This document shows positions 25,789-39,292 of a DNA stretch of 64,000 nucleotides, piece after piece; the stretch's first letter is position 1, and every line of letters starts with the position of its first letter. The notes beneath the pieces are model-generated. The model saw only the letters and a program-made list of their open reading frames with translations. It was not told the origin of the DNA and made no database searches. Origin of the DNA: Takakia lepidozioides (Eukaryota > Plantae > Bryophyta); NCBI GenBank assembly GCA_030704615.1, contig CM060731.1, positions 31,310,001 through 31,374,000 of the forward strand, in the 5' to 3' direction. The position numbers and the translations under genes were made by a program.

Positions 25789-26422
25789 TGTCACGGACAT
25801 AGCCCAGAGGGAACTTACCAAGAATAAATACCAGAAGTTATCAAGTTATCATGTTACCGGAAGTTACCATTACTTATCATGATTTACCATGATCTACCAT
25901 GATTTATCATTACTTACCAAGTTACCGAGAGTTTATCAAATTACCAAGAGTAACTTGGGAAACTGCTCAGGAAACTTCATTTGGAGGAAACTTCTCCATC
26001 AAGATACCTCATTTGTTTAAGGAAGCTTCTCCATCAAGAAACCTTTGTTTAATCTTGGAAACATCTCCAGTAAGAAACCTCCATAGGGGGAAGCTTCTTA
26101 GGGAAGCTTCTTAGTAGCCAGTATATATAAGAGGCGAGACTGGACACTCTTCGGTCTCGCCAACACCAGTTCAAGCTAGTCTTGTTTCCAGTTTCCAGTA
26201 CTCTAGCCCAGTTTCCAGTATCTGGTACTCCAGTCCAGTTTCCAGCATTCCAGTATTCAAGTCATGTTCCAATATCTTGTACTCTTGTTCATTGTTATAA
26301 AGATCATCTTGATTCATATTTACTCATTGTGCATACGGCCACATCGACCTTGACTTCTTGTCTAGTCTTGTACCTCTAGTCTAATCTCTTGTTTGTGTTC
26401 AGTCATGTTCTCGTCCTTGACA
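25789..26422 (+). repeat. 3' LTR (634 bp)
   Basis: Direct repeat of 20235-20889 with scattered substitutions and small indels. Confidence 0.95.
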
Positions 26423-29284
26423 GCATGAGAGATCCCACTCACTAAAGTTTTAAAAATTGACCTTCATCTTTGTAAGGACGTCAACCGCAATTAGCCATCG
26501 CGAGCTGGATTGGACACAAGCGTTGAGTTGGGAATTTGTCTACAATGATTTGAAAGTGAGCCACATAGAAGTCTTCCCAGAAGAATACTTGGGAAACTTT
26601 TCATATGCGTACTTGGAGACACTGTTGATAAGAGCAAGCTCCCCTGGAAGCATCAGTCGGAGACTCGTTTCAAGTCCCTCAGGTACCTGCAAAAGCATAC
26701 AGACAACGGCTCATCCACGGAAGAAGTACATCAATCAATTCAATGTCCACAATGGTCACAGCATTTACAGCAAAGAGAGAAACTGTAGGGTTACAATTCT
26801 GTAACACTTGCTCAGCACCTTTCCTGGAACCAAAGTCACGGGAGAGACAAAAACAATTACCTTTAGAAAAGCTCAAAACCAAGGCGTTGTCTGTTATGGC
26901 AGCGAACTCCAACTCAACATACACGTACTTGAGATGTACTAGTACAGGAGAAATATGCAATGTATATGTTTAGATATACACGAAGTATACGGTGACCCAA
27001 TGTCAACTAGGGTTAGTTACGGGACATGAGACATGACTCATGTTTTTCATCCAAGTCCCTGGGATGGAAATCTTATCTAGAATCTTAAGCCCGGGCACTA
27101 GAATCTGTCCCGGGCTTTTGGGACATTAAGCCCGGGATAGAGAATATTTTAAAAATATTCAAATCTTTTGGCCCGGGCTAGAGAATATCCTAGAGAATTT
27201 TAGAATCTTATGCCCGGACTAGAGAATCTTGTCCCGGGCTTTTGGAATATTTACTAGTATGGCCTTTTTGGGCTTCCGTATTTATGACTAACCACCCCTA
27301 TGCCATGCATGTACCCATCGGTCCTACATATATGTTGCATGGATGATTCATAGTCTCTGCACCGTCACTGAAATCTGCCAAGTATAAAAATAAGACCTGT
27401 GATCGCTACCTTAAGTTGAATGCTGCGGTGGTGGGGATTTTAATTATTTTATGTTTATTTTTTAAGGCAAAGGAGATTGAGGCCCAGTTAATCAAATTAA
27501 TGGAAGGACAGGGAAAAAATAACCCTGCTGGGGCCATGAAGGCAACACAGTAGAGTGGGGATACCACCCATGACTCGGATTGTCATAACTAAGAAAACAA
27601 TCTCCATTGCACACTTCTCCACCAAGGAATAGTAGTGATTTATGATGGATGGTGGAAGGATGGTGAGCATTCATCTATCCACACTGGCGCTCTGCCATGG
27701 CACCCACCGTCCAAGTGACAAGGACGTGTGTTAAATCTGTGGACGTGGCAAGTGGGGCTACAGAGAGGACGACGTACTTTTACTCTGTGTGCAGGCCTGC
27801 AACTGCTTTTGCTACTACTGCCGCCCTCCGTCCCGTTCTGCCTCACTTACTCACTGCACAGTACATTCCTTTTGCATCCCCCACTGCATTGCCACGTTAG
27901 TAGGATGGATGCATGTCCACACACTCATCTCCATGCATCCACCATCCACCCCATCATCCACCCCATCATCCACCTACTGCACAAATCAAATGATCTCTCT
28001 ATCCACGTGTCGTTAACCACCGCCGCCTCAACGTGCCCAAACTTTGGCGATTGACCTCAAATTCTGGCGACCGTTGACAGGCAGCGCTGGCATGCGTTTT
28101 ACCCCACTGGAGCCTTGGCAGGCTCATAACTGTGCAGAGGGAGTCCATAAATGCGATGAGGACAAAAGCGCAGTGCCTGCCACAAAGTATCAATGTCGGT
28201 CTCACTCATCCCTGCTGGTCCACACGTGCCGAATTTACTCAGATATTTTACTCTAAGAACTGCGCACTAAAATTGGAGTTGAGATTGGAATCGACGCGGG
28301 GAAGGTAAGTTAAAGGCAAATGTGTGGTTGGAATTGTTAGCAATTCGGTTGCGCTAACTCAACTTTAAGGGCCCCAAGAATCGGCCCCCCTCCAACGACC
28401 CCGCCGAACTCTATCACAATATTAACTAAATAATTACACGTAGTTGTTATGAAGCTGTGAAGGCATTGGGTGATTGTGGGCTCAAATCCCGGACCCAAAC
28501 ACTAGAGGAGTGAGCACCAAGTAAATTTCAGACTGTGGTTATTTGGGGGTTATTCCAGGCGCGCAAGAAGGGCGGGCACAGTGTATAAAGCGGCGGAGGG
28601 ATGAGCCAGCAGCAGGCTGAAGCCAGGGTCTGCGCTCTGCGACTGTTGTTGTACGCTCGGCTGCTTCTCCATCGCTCCCTTGCAAGCTGCTTTGCGCTTT
28701 CCTGCTTAGCCTCCTCCGCTGATTACATCACTTCGCGTGCTTAGGCTTGTAAACGCCATCGCTAATCGTTGTCCCACATTCCCTCCATTTCGTGTGCGGA
28801 GGCTTCTCGCGACATCATCGCTGATCGCTTCTATCCAATCCCAGTCGTGTGCGAAACCGCGGATGGGCTCTGTGCATCTCTGTGCGAATTAAGCTTCAAC
28901 CGTCACGGTGATCATTGTGCAAAGTAGGAATCAACTGCGAGTTTCGCAAATCGCTTTACACCGACCCCGCCAATCTCTCAGCGGATTAGTTAGCATCAAC
29001 TGTGATCTCCGGTGATCTCTATGCATCTCTGTGCGGATTAATTAGCATTGCTGTGCAAATTAGGCCTCTGAAAGTGTGAGTTGTGGATCTGCTTCACACC
29101 GACTTCCGCTGATGTCTGTCTGTGCGAATTCACCGTAGGTGTCACGCTGATCACCGTGAAAATTACTGCGAGGGCCAGCTAGGCTTCTTCAAATCGCTCA
29201 TTGCATCGTCCCCACTCTCCGTGGTTACTCTTCCTAACGCTTCATCCACTTCCGCTTGGCTTCTTTCCCATCATTCTGGTTGGG

Positions 29285-29660
29285 TGGCCCTTCGTCTATC
29301 ACTTGGCTCACAGTCCGTCTTCTGTCGAGATTGATTACATGTATTCATTCTATCTGTTCCCTTCGGTCTATCACTTGGCTCAGAGTCCATCTTCGTTCTC
29401 ATCGTCGTCCAGATATTACATGTTTTCATTTTATATATGTTCCTATTGCTTTATACTGGTGGCCCTTGGCTCACAGTCCATCTTCGTCTTCTGTCCAGAT
29501 GCATTACATGTTTTCATTATGTATATGTTCCTATTGCTTATACTGGTGGCCCTTCATCTATCACCGGCTCACAGTTCATCTTCGTTCTCATCGTCTTCTG
29601 TCCAGATGCATTACATGTTTTCATTATATATATGTTCCTAACGCTTATACTGGTAGATGC
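29285..29660 (+). repeat. Minisatellite-like tandem repeat (~70-120 bp units, about 4 copies)
   Basis: Recurring GGCTCACAGTCCATCTTCGT...CCAGATGCATTACATGTTTTCATT..ATATGTTCCTATTGCTTATACTGGTGGCCCTT. Confidence 0.85.
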
Positions 29661-31269
29661 ATAACTAGTATTTGCAACCACTTGGCCAACTGATCAAATA
29701 ATCCATCTACTTTTTCCCTGCAACAGCTAGATCGGCACTCTCTGCACTTACTAGCAAGTTGTTGTCTCCCCCCATCCTTGTGTGATCTTGGATCTGATGT
29801 TAGACTACTGGTAAGCAACTCCCCACTGGCTGACTGTTGTTAGTCTTCATTCCCTTCTTCCATATTTGGTAATTCATGAACTGTATGTCTTGCAATGATA
29901 CATCCTACATATTCACTCACTCAATTAGGGAAGTTGTCTAAAATTTTTAGCTCTAGTGCCTGGCCGAAGTCTTCACTGTCAAAAATGTCACGTTCAGAGA
30001 CGCTGTGGTCCTGCGACATTTTTGTCTATCAGTGAAAACTAAGTCTTTGATGTATTCAAATGTCATATGTACTCTTCATGGTAAATGCTCTCTCAAATAT
30101 TTCATCTGTTCCTGTACACAGGGATCCTGTTTCTGCAGCAATGGAGTGGGAGCTAATGGATCTGAGCCATCAACTAGACAAAATGGAAGTTGTGAGAAAG
30201 GAACTTTGAGGTCAGTAACCAATGTCCAATCATAAACCAAAGGGGACAGAGTCAATTGAAATTGAATTGATAGGGGTTAAGAAAAACTAAGCATAACAGG
30301 AGACCATGAGGAGACCATGAGGTGCCGAGTCAGAAAATGATTGGGTACCACACGAGATTAGCCACCTTGGGCAGCGTTACTACTGCCAACGGGTTCACTG
30401 ATGTAACAGCAAGCTATAACCATGAACTATGAACCATGCCTATTAAAAAGCTAAGCACTAAAACCAGGAGTTCTAACCTAGAACCAACTCTCACCTTCTA
30501 AAACTAAGCCAAAAACTGCCAGGAGCCACCGGCTCTGTAGAAAGCAGAGCCAAAAGAATAGTGGGGGGGACCTAAATGGATGCTCAGCTGCAAAAAAACA
30601 GACTGAAGCTAGAATAGAAATCGCATGGCTGACAGGGCAGAAAGCTGCGTCGCAGCTCCTGCTCCAAGTTTAGGTGCGCCTTGTGTGTCCTGCATACGTA
30701 CACAAATAAATGAACGGCTCAGAATACCAAAATATGGACCTGGTACAGACATTGCAGATAGAAAACATTGATCGGCAGACCAGATCATGGAGCATTGAAC
30801 GGTAAGAATATCAACCACGTATTTCATGAGGAAATCGTTGGAAAATTCTTTGCAGGGTCCAATCACCTAGGCCTCGTGCATCCCAGGAGCAGGAACTCCA
30901 CCTCTCCACGCTAGACATTACAAGCTTGTATGATCGGGTGGTCGCTCCGAGATATTTGTCAGACCATCCCCATCTGCAAACTTTTCGAAGAGACTCAAGC
31001 TTGCAGGGATGGCTTTACAATCACCTTGGCGCGACCACCCGACCATACCTGTCTTGCAATATCACTGTTCCGGCAATCCTCTACCCACGCTGCCGCCGTC
31101 TAGCCCCGTGTCTTTATGTGGAGCGGGAGGTTCAAGGGTTTAAGTAGGGTGCATTTCTAGGGTTATGATGCTCAAAGCCAACATGGCATGCTATGGCCAT
31201 GTCATGCATGTCTACACATGTTGGTTTGTGATTAAGGGAGAAAAGGTTGAACTACTTATTTTGCACCCA

Positions 31270-33888
31270 AGCAATTGATAACGATTTGTCACTTTTAATC
31301 AATTTCTTGCAACTACACTAAAATTGATGTCAACAATTTGAAGATACATATTTTTTAATTTAAAAAGGAGAAGTACCCTATAGTGACTAGCGACCGCTCA
31401 TAAGTCAGCATGTGGCCCACCTGCCTATTGCATGCCATGTGAAAATGGCTATTGCATGTAAGTTACATAAGGCCATTGGCCCTGCGTCAATGTGAGGCCA
31501 AGCTTTTAGAATGGCATAAAGCTTGTAGAATGTGGTGACGCTGCCGGTTGTGAGCTGGCTTGATAGTTATTAGGAGAGAGTTAGATTGAGAGAGGCGGCT
31601 GTAGGGAAGAGAGCTCAAGAGGTAAGGCGAGGCACAGCTACGCAAACAAGAGGAGGGTGTGAAGCCCGTACAACCCCTATATAGATTTATACAGGGCCTA
31701 AATTTTCTGCTCCAAATGGTGAGGCCCTCAGAGTACTGAGATGCAAAGCAATAGCTTGGAAGTTAAAGAAATGGTTTGTTTTGGCACTTTTCACAGATAG
31801 ACAGACAGAGGCGTGGCAAACAATTTTTCTAGTATAAATCCATGCCACACATGTTTAGATACTTCATGAATACAACGTCAGTTACTACAGTTATCAAGAG
31901 TTGTTACTTTCATTACCGTTTTCTTCCATATGCAAATCAATCAACTTATTTACCCCTCTCACAGACGAATCTTTCACAAATGAATGCAATGATAGAGCTA
32001 CAATCCCTCATGATGTCAATTCCATACCAGAGGTCTAACACTAGTCACAAGCACCATATACAAGCAAACCCAAGACCTTGAACCTTCACCAACATGCACT
32101 AAACCATGCAATACACACTCAATAGTACTGTTACCCTGGACTACATTTCATTATCGTGAATCTGACATTTTTCAGCTCTTCAGGGATAGGCATAGGCATC
32201 CATTACACTGGAAGGGCAAGCAAGCAAATCAACCTATGCAAGACAGATGGACAAACCATGTAACACACTAAACCATCATGCCATACACACGGGACAAAAA
32301 ATCCTCTGTTGGAAAAAATTCAATCATACTGGAGGTGTAGCAAAAGCATGAACACTCAGCCCGTGATGCTGGCATACTCACTGTTTATTAGAGGTCTGTG
32401 ATTCCTAAAGAAGATTCCGCTTCATCAACTCTACAATGCACATTTCATGCCCTCAGTTCACTAGCCTGGTTCTAAAGCCACACACAATGTTCCCACATTA
32501 CCACCCACAAGAGCATGCCCTGCCATCTGGACCACTCCGCATCTCCCACCCAACCAGCCACAACAGAGAGACAAACCTCTCAAGTTCCCCAACCCAACCC
32601 TGATCCAAAACCCCTCCCCACAGTCCCTCCATTCCCATACCACAAACCATGTGAATGAGGTGATATTATTGGCTAGGTCAAAATCCGTCATATTTCAAGA
32701 CAGAGACTCTTTAATTTGCAAATAGATTTAGTACTACCACCAGTGTTTGCATGACCGTAATTTTTAAGCTGGAAATGATAGGAATCTCAACCACTATGAG
32801 AGGCTTTCAAGGAGCAACTTAATGTCAGAAGGGCATCATAGTTCTTGGTTGGAAGCTGGTAACTAGAGGAAGAACATGTGATTTGAAGCCTACCTCTGTA
32901 ACTAAGAGATCACTTTTGGGCCCTGTTGCATTCTGCATGCCTGTTTGAATGTCCTCATCACTCAGGTAAACACCTCCTGTCTCCATTCAAAGCCAGATAA
33001 GTAGAAGAGTGTCACTGTCATTACAAAATCCATTACTGGCCAAAAATGTTGTCCCCAAATAAGGCCCGCCTCTGTGCCCTTGAAAACTTGGACCTGATAT
33101 GCACACCAGCTAAACAACCTGGCCAAAGTCCTTAAAAAGCACGACAAAATAACTCGATAGTTGTATGTCTCGCCTCTACACTGCAACAGGATTACAGCAG
33201 CAAAAATCTAGAGGCAAAATATTTTAGTCCTGTCAGCAAGATGTGGTGAGTGTGAATGCTAGCTGTGGATGGGTGCCTTTGCATTTTACCTGTAAGCTTT
33301 TCACAAAGATAGCCTCGAATATGTAGTAAATGCATACCCCTCCAGACAGCTCTCACTTGTTCACATCTCTTATTCCTGGCGTCGACAGTTGACTGGAAAC
33401 CTGGGCCCAACATGCACTAGATGAATCTCTCATCAGTCTATGCGATCCCACCAGAAATTTGCCGGCTTCTACGACCTGAAGTGAGAAATTTGTCATAACA
33501 ATAAATGGAAATTTCAGATATAGAGCTGTCATCGCCACCGCTGACCAGAGCAGACTTTGAACGCCAAAGCATCGCCACAACCTTAAGGGGTGGAGCCAGC
33601 TTGATAAAATATCTGGGTTGTCAACTACGAGTGCAACACTGCCTTCCACAAAAGCTCTACTGGCAGCCTTCTGTGACACATCCATGTCATGGTAATTACT
33701 AGCTCAACTGGACACAGATGGGATTTGACGGGTACCTCATTTCGGGCCCTGTTGCGGCGAAAGCGGTGATGGAGAAAATCTGGAAGACAAAATAGAGGAG
33801 ATGGGGCAGACAAGGAAGATGGTGAGGACGGCTCCTGCTGCGATGATAGTGATCAAAACAAAGACGAAGACAGTGACGAAGGTGGTGA
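31270..33888 (+). repeat. Dispersed duplication, copy 2 (~2.6 kb)
   Basis: Colinear direct copy of 14360-17260. Confidence 0.95.
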
Positions 33889-34242
33889 GTTCGAAGAAGG
33901 AACAACCCATTCACCCCGAGTTACACCATCATCGATCCAACCTGACAGGCACCCCGATGCCAATATGCATACACCTCATGTTGTCTTCGTCTTTGTCTTC
34001 ATCACTGTCATCAAAGGCTGAGTCGTTGATGATGTAAGTACGTACACTGTGCTGTGTTGACAGTCGAAAAATAGGTAGTGGGTGGGTTTGTGGGGTTCAT
34101 GATACTCTAAGCCACCATGGCGTGTCATAACTTATGTATATGTACAGAGCTTGGTTTGTGATTCTTGACAAGTGATCTTTTCTTGGCGATGCACATGTAG
34201 TTTATTTTTAAAAAAAACTTAGTTATGATTGTTAACCCTTAA

Positions 34243-35389
34243 CCCTTAAGTTCCCAAGCCCTTTTTTGACTTTCTACCAATTTTGGGTACCCAGCTGCAG
34301 TAAATTGCCCCTAGAAACCTACCAAAAATCATCCAGAGATTCCAGCCTTATAGCAATGGGCCCAGCTCATTTATGCATGACATACCAAAAAATGAGTCAA
34401 GTCCACCGCAGAAATTGTGAGATTATAGCGTTGGCCTGGACCTCAAATATCAGGTCCCAAAGAAAAAGTGAGAAAGAAATTGGTTTGACCAAATCAAAAC
34501 TTAGCTTTATCCAATTTTGCTTGCCCCAAGACCCACCATTTCCAAATCAATAGTGGAGTGGCTATGACCCAACTAAATTGCAAGTCCAACTGATTTTTTC
34601 ACCTATGCTTGCTTTGCATGCAATAAAATTTTGCAAGAGAAAATGTGCCTCCAAATGAAGTACTTTTTTTTCTACAAATTTTTTAAAAGCCAATGGTGGA
34701 TGTGTGTATGTAATGCTTACACACCACAACGTGAAGTGTTTTTTCCAAAATTGCTAATTTTCTGCCAAAAATGGCCTTTGGAGTGCAATCTGTTTTGGGC
34801 TTGTTTACCTGCCACGTCAGCGGTCAACAGCCCTTTTCAGGCCCCAAAACGTAAATGAGAGATCTAAGATATTTTTTTGTAGATTGTAGCTTTTGTTTTT
34901 TTTTAATTTTGTTTTTTTCATCATACTGGAGACAAATCCCTTGTCATTAAAGCTTCAGGAGTGGGCCCCATCAGATTAGATCTGCAAAAATTAGGTGGAA
35001 CTGCAAATTCAAGTGACCTGATTCAGGTCGCTTGGGAACTTAAGGATTAAGTTGCATTTAGTGGGGTCATAGCCACTCCACTATTGATTTGGAAATGGTG
35101 GTCATGGGGCAAGCAAAATTGGATAAAGCTAGGTTTTGATTTGGTCAAACCAATTTCTTTCTCACTTTTTCTTTGGGACCTGATATTTGAGGTTCTGGCC
35201 AAACTATAATCTCACAATTTCCACAGTGGACTTGGCTCCTTTTTTGGTATGTCATGCGGAAATGAGCTGAGCCCATTGCTCTAAGGCTGGAATCTCTGGA
35301 TGATTTTTGGTAGGTTTCTAGGGGCAATTTACTACAGCTAGGTACCCAAAATTGGTAAAAAGGCAAAAAAGGGCTTGGGAACTTGAGGG
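34243..35389. mobile_element. Non-autonomous piggyBac-like foldback/MITE with ~340-bp TIRs
   Basis: TTAA|CCCTTAAGTTCCCAAGCCC...GGGCTTGGGAACTTGAGGG|TTAA, with TSD TTAA at 34239-34242 and 35390-35393. Arms at ~34243-34583 and ~35052-35389. Confidence 0.85.
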
Positions 35390-36007
35390 TTAAATATTTA
35401 CTTAATTTGTATCCAAACACTTGGCAAGCAATTTCTTGCTACTCTGCCAGGCCATAATTGATTTCACCGGCTTCCTGCAGTTACAAGTCCTCTCCCCTTT
35501 CTCAATATACATAGAGATAACAATTGCAATTCATGAGGATCCCAACCCATCACATAATCTTTCTGTCTCTTCTTCTATGAAATTCTCTCCTAGATGTATA
35601 GATTGTCAATGTCACAGTCTTGCAACTAAAGTAGGATTGATAAGACTACTTTTTGTGTAATTGGCGCCAGAACAATTACTGGCGAGGTCTGATTACCCTA
35701 CAGGTTCTATAACTCTTCACAGCCAAATCTGCACCTCTGACCACCTTTTTCACCCATTACTAAAAACATGCTCAGATCTACAAAACTTGACATTGAATCA
35801 TGTTCCTACCTACATCCCCTACCGTCACCTTAAGGGGCATGGCACAACTGCTAACTCCACTCCTCCGCAAGTGAGCAATCAATTTGCAACTCCCGAGTTT
35901 ATGTTTGACAAGTCCCTTGCCGTTTCACAATCCTGACCACTGTTGGGTCATGGTAAGCATATGAAACTACTAAGGGAAGCAAAATAAATGCCACTCATGC
36001 TGTAGCA

Positions 36008-38672
36008 TCAACTGCCAACTTGGCGCCTCCACGAATCTTCCACTATTAATTCGTCAACCCCCCAGTCCTCATAACTGCACCCATAGAACAATATGAGAGG
36101 TCCTAATCTCTTGACGGAAAGCTATGTCTCAAGATATCAATCGTGCATTAATGGCAGACCAGAGTACTGTCTTTTGCAACGTGGTATCACATATCTCAAA
36201 CATCCTATCACCCAGCATCATGGGACTCGTCATCAAAGCCTCAAAAAATCATTTTGTGCACACTTAAACGAGAGGTAAGCGTGGAATGCCCACCTTCCAT
36301 CAGGCAAGTAACGGCGAATTGTAAAGGGTATCTTGCGAACACGAAGCTCCTTCATTGCAATCTGTGCAACATGGAAAATGCAACCTCCATTTAGCAATTT
36401 TTAACACCGAAAGTCTAAATTTATGGTTTTTGTACGTCCTTGATGTGATGCGTGGGATGACTGAAAGTGGGGTATCGTTGTGCTCAGTTCAGCTGGCACT
36501 TCATGGTAGGTACCTTGCTGTACAAATGAGGGTGGGGAGGAGCGGAAGGGGGGGGAGAGAGAAATGCTCTTTATAGTCTAATGCTATGCCACAACCTGGC
36601 AGTAATGCATGCAATGCCACCAGGACGACATCAGTATGGGATTGCAATGCTCTTTCACAATAAGCCACATCCCATTGCAAGATGGAGCTGTACTCTAGCT
36701 GTTTACTACAAGGTTGTACAAAAAGCAAGTTGCATACAAGGCTGCAAGGCTTACTTGAGCTCAGGTAGTACTAAAGGCAACATGGACAGTGCATATCTAT
36801 TTCTACACAACATACTAATCATGACAGTCCCAAAAGGAAGGGGTACCTCAAGGGGATCAGTCTCGCCTTCCAGCTCAACCATCACTGGAGCATTCATACT
36901 GCAGCACAAACACGGACCTCAGCTCCCTTTCCCATATTAGGGTTCAGTTGAACACCTCTGTTTGACCTCTCTAATCTCCTCACTATGACCTATTCTGGAG
37001 GTCCGCTCACTTGGAACACGGAAGTCCACATGAGATCCTGAAACAGTTCCAGGAGATTCTTCCTGACCCAGGGTGAAATTAGGATCTTGACAAGAGTCCT
37101 CTCTCCAGTTGCCAGGCCTTACTTTCTCTATTCCAACACAGACACCAGGGAAATGTAACTCAAACCTGATCTGGAGGGCACGAGTACCGAGCACCCTAGC
37201 TCTTTCATATTTGGTCATATATTTTGTAGTTTTCCGAGGTTTATCACTTGCTGGCTCGGGCTCTGCATGGATTATATCAACATCAGGGCCCTCAAAAACA
37301 TCCCGCGTCTCTCCATTTTCCTCCTCTTCCTCCACCTCTTCCTGTGTAACCACCATGTCAAGATGAGATGATATCTTAAACCCTTTTACTCCACACAGGC
37401 AGCAACACTTGTGGTGCTCACATCCACTGGCACAAGAGGGTAAAAGAAAGGCATTTATTACATCCAAGGAAGAGAGACTGGGGGGACAGAGGGAAAGCAA
37501 TATCCTTATTAAATCATTCTTGCCCTGGCCTTCTATTCACAGACCCTGGACATTGTCACTCAGAAAATTAGTAATATACTTGGAAATATGGCACAGTTGT
37601 GGCCATACATATTGCGTCTCTCAGTTGCATAACTATCCCGGTGGGAAAACTGCCACCACCGCTCTCACAGCGAAACACCAACAGAAGGGGCGAGAGTCAC
37701 TGGCATATCCAAAAGAGAACCAAAGAACAAAAGGAGCAGAAAGAAACATGGAGGATCACGGGCGGGGAGGAAGTGGCTGACCTCCACCTCGGGCTCTGGA
37801 GGCTCTTCTTCATATCTAGCAAAGAAACCATCAAAATCATGATATTCAGAATATTGTGTACCCACAAGGTACTTTGAAGGGACGAACCATCCCACTAGTG
37901 ACACATCTCAGTGTAATTCATAGTTTGCTGAGGCTCCCATTGGAGAAGCTCTTGCAAAGAGTGCTCTACCACAGGTTTTGCTGCCACCAGGGCAGTAAAT
38001 TTGGATTAGGGCAGGGTTGATGTTAGGTTAATCCACAACCCAATGAGATGCCATATTATTTAACTAGAACTCTCTCCCTCCTCAACAACAGACAAAGAAT
38101 GACCTCTTCTCCCAGTCAATCTCTCAATACATTCTGGGCATCTCGGCACAAGTCGATAGAATAAGAAATACGCTGTATGATGTGATTGTCAGGCTTTGAA
38201 ACCTCATTCAATCAATCCTACACCCGGTTTGTTGCTGCTTGTGCCTAGAAGTCAAAGCAACTTCAGTTTGACCTTTCTCTATAGCCCCCCATAGGTACAA
38301 TTGGTGCGGAGACTACATGGCCTGCTAGGATTCTTAACCCTATTTCAACCCCAGAAAAAAAATCCCAAAATGAGTAGGACTAGAGACGGACATTCCGAAA
38401 GGCCAATAGAAATATGAAGATGTAGGAGGCGCTGACTACTTGAAGGGCCTGGAGATTATCTCCTACATCTTCATATTCCTTCGAGCATTTCAGCCTGATC
38501 ATCTACGTAAACCAAAGCAGGTAGCCCTAATATTCTCAACCCTAACAATATCCTGCAACAAGCACAGATACTGATGGAAGAAGAGTTAAAGGAACAAAGA
38601 CACAAAGTGCAGAGAGAGGCGATAATACCCGACATCGCCTCCATCGAAGTCATTGTAATCCTCGTCCGCCAT
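36008..38672 (-). CDS. NRPB6: DNA-directed RNA polymerase common subunit RPB6 (NRPB6), 6 coding exons
   Basis: Exons 38629-38672, 37782-37815, 37166-37341, 36847-36898, 36294-36361 and 36008-36074 with consistent phases: MADEDYND...[85 protein letters not shown]. Confidence 0.97.
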
Positions 38673-39292
38673 CTCTCACTTCCTGAGACGAGGCTCGCGA
38701 CACGAGCCCCAGAAAGAGAGAGCCCAACAGACCAGGAAGACCGTATAATGTACCGCTCCCTTGGATTTCCCAACTTGTGAATGCAACCCAACGATCCCAC
38801 TGTCACACGGCACAAACAGCCTAAGACAGAGCTTCCAAAACCTGAAGAGCGTGGCTTCAAATGATGCCTTCACCCGTCAGACGCATGTGGGCTGCCCGAC
38901 AAGTGGCAGAGATTACGTGTCCAGATCCTGGCACGTAAGCCTTCCTTCAGCCCAGTTAGCGCCCAATCGGACGGCATGTGATATGCCACGTAAGATAAGT
39001 GGGATGCTGGAGAGAAACCCCCCTATCTCGAGAAACCCTGGCCTGGGCGCGTGCACGCAGTAGCTGCGTGGATCATCGATTAGCGGGAGAGAGAAGCGGA
39101 TTGGCAATCTTTGGAGTAGTATGTACGGCATGCATGATGTGAGGGTGTGGGTTGTGGTTGAGAAGCCCAAGGATTCTATGTTTGGGAAGGAGGAGCTGTT
39201 GTTTCGAAGGTGAAGAGGGCTGGATCTATAATAGCGATTTGGGTTTTCAGGGAACGTGGTGTCTCGGACTTGATTTCAGATCTTCTAGCAAA
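38673..39292. promoter_or_regulatory. Short divergent (bidirectional) promoter/5'UTR region between RPB6 and TOM2A
   Basis: 620 bp between head-to-head ATGs. Two CACGTAAG motifs (~38931, ~38986), several GCCCA motifs, and retained CpGs. Confidence 0.6.

Noticed and set aside
29201-29693. Hydrophobic 145-146 aa ORFs as membrane proteins
   Set aside because: They are translations of the tandem repeat, with overlapping frames open and no domain.
34266-35420. Paired ORFs 34266-34553 and 35145-35420 as a duplicated gene
   Set aside because: They are chance frames in the two TIR arms of the MITE.
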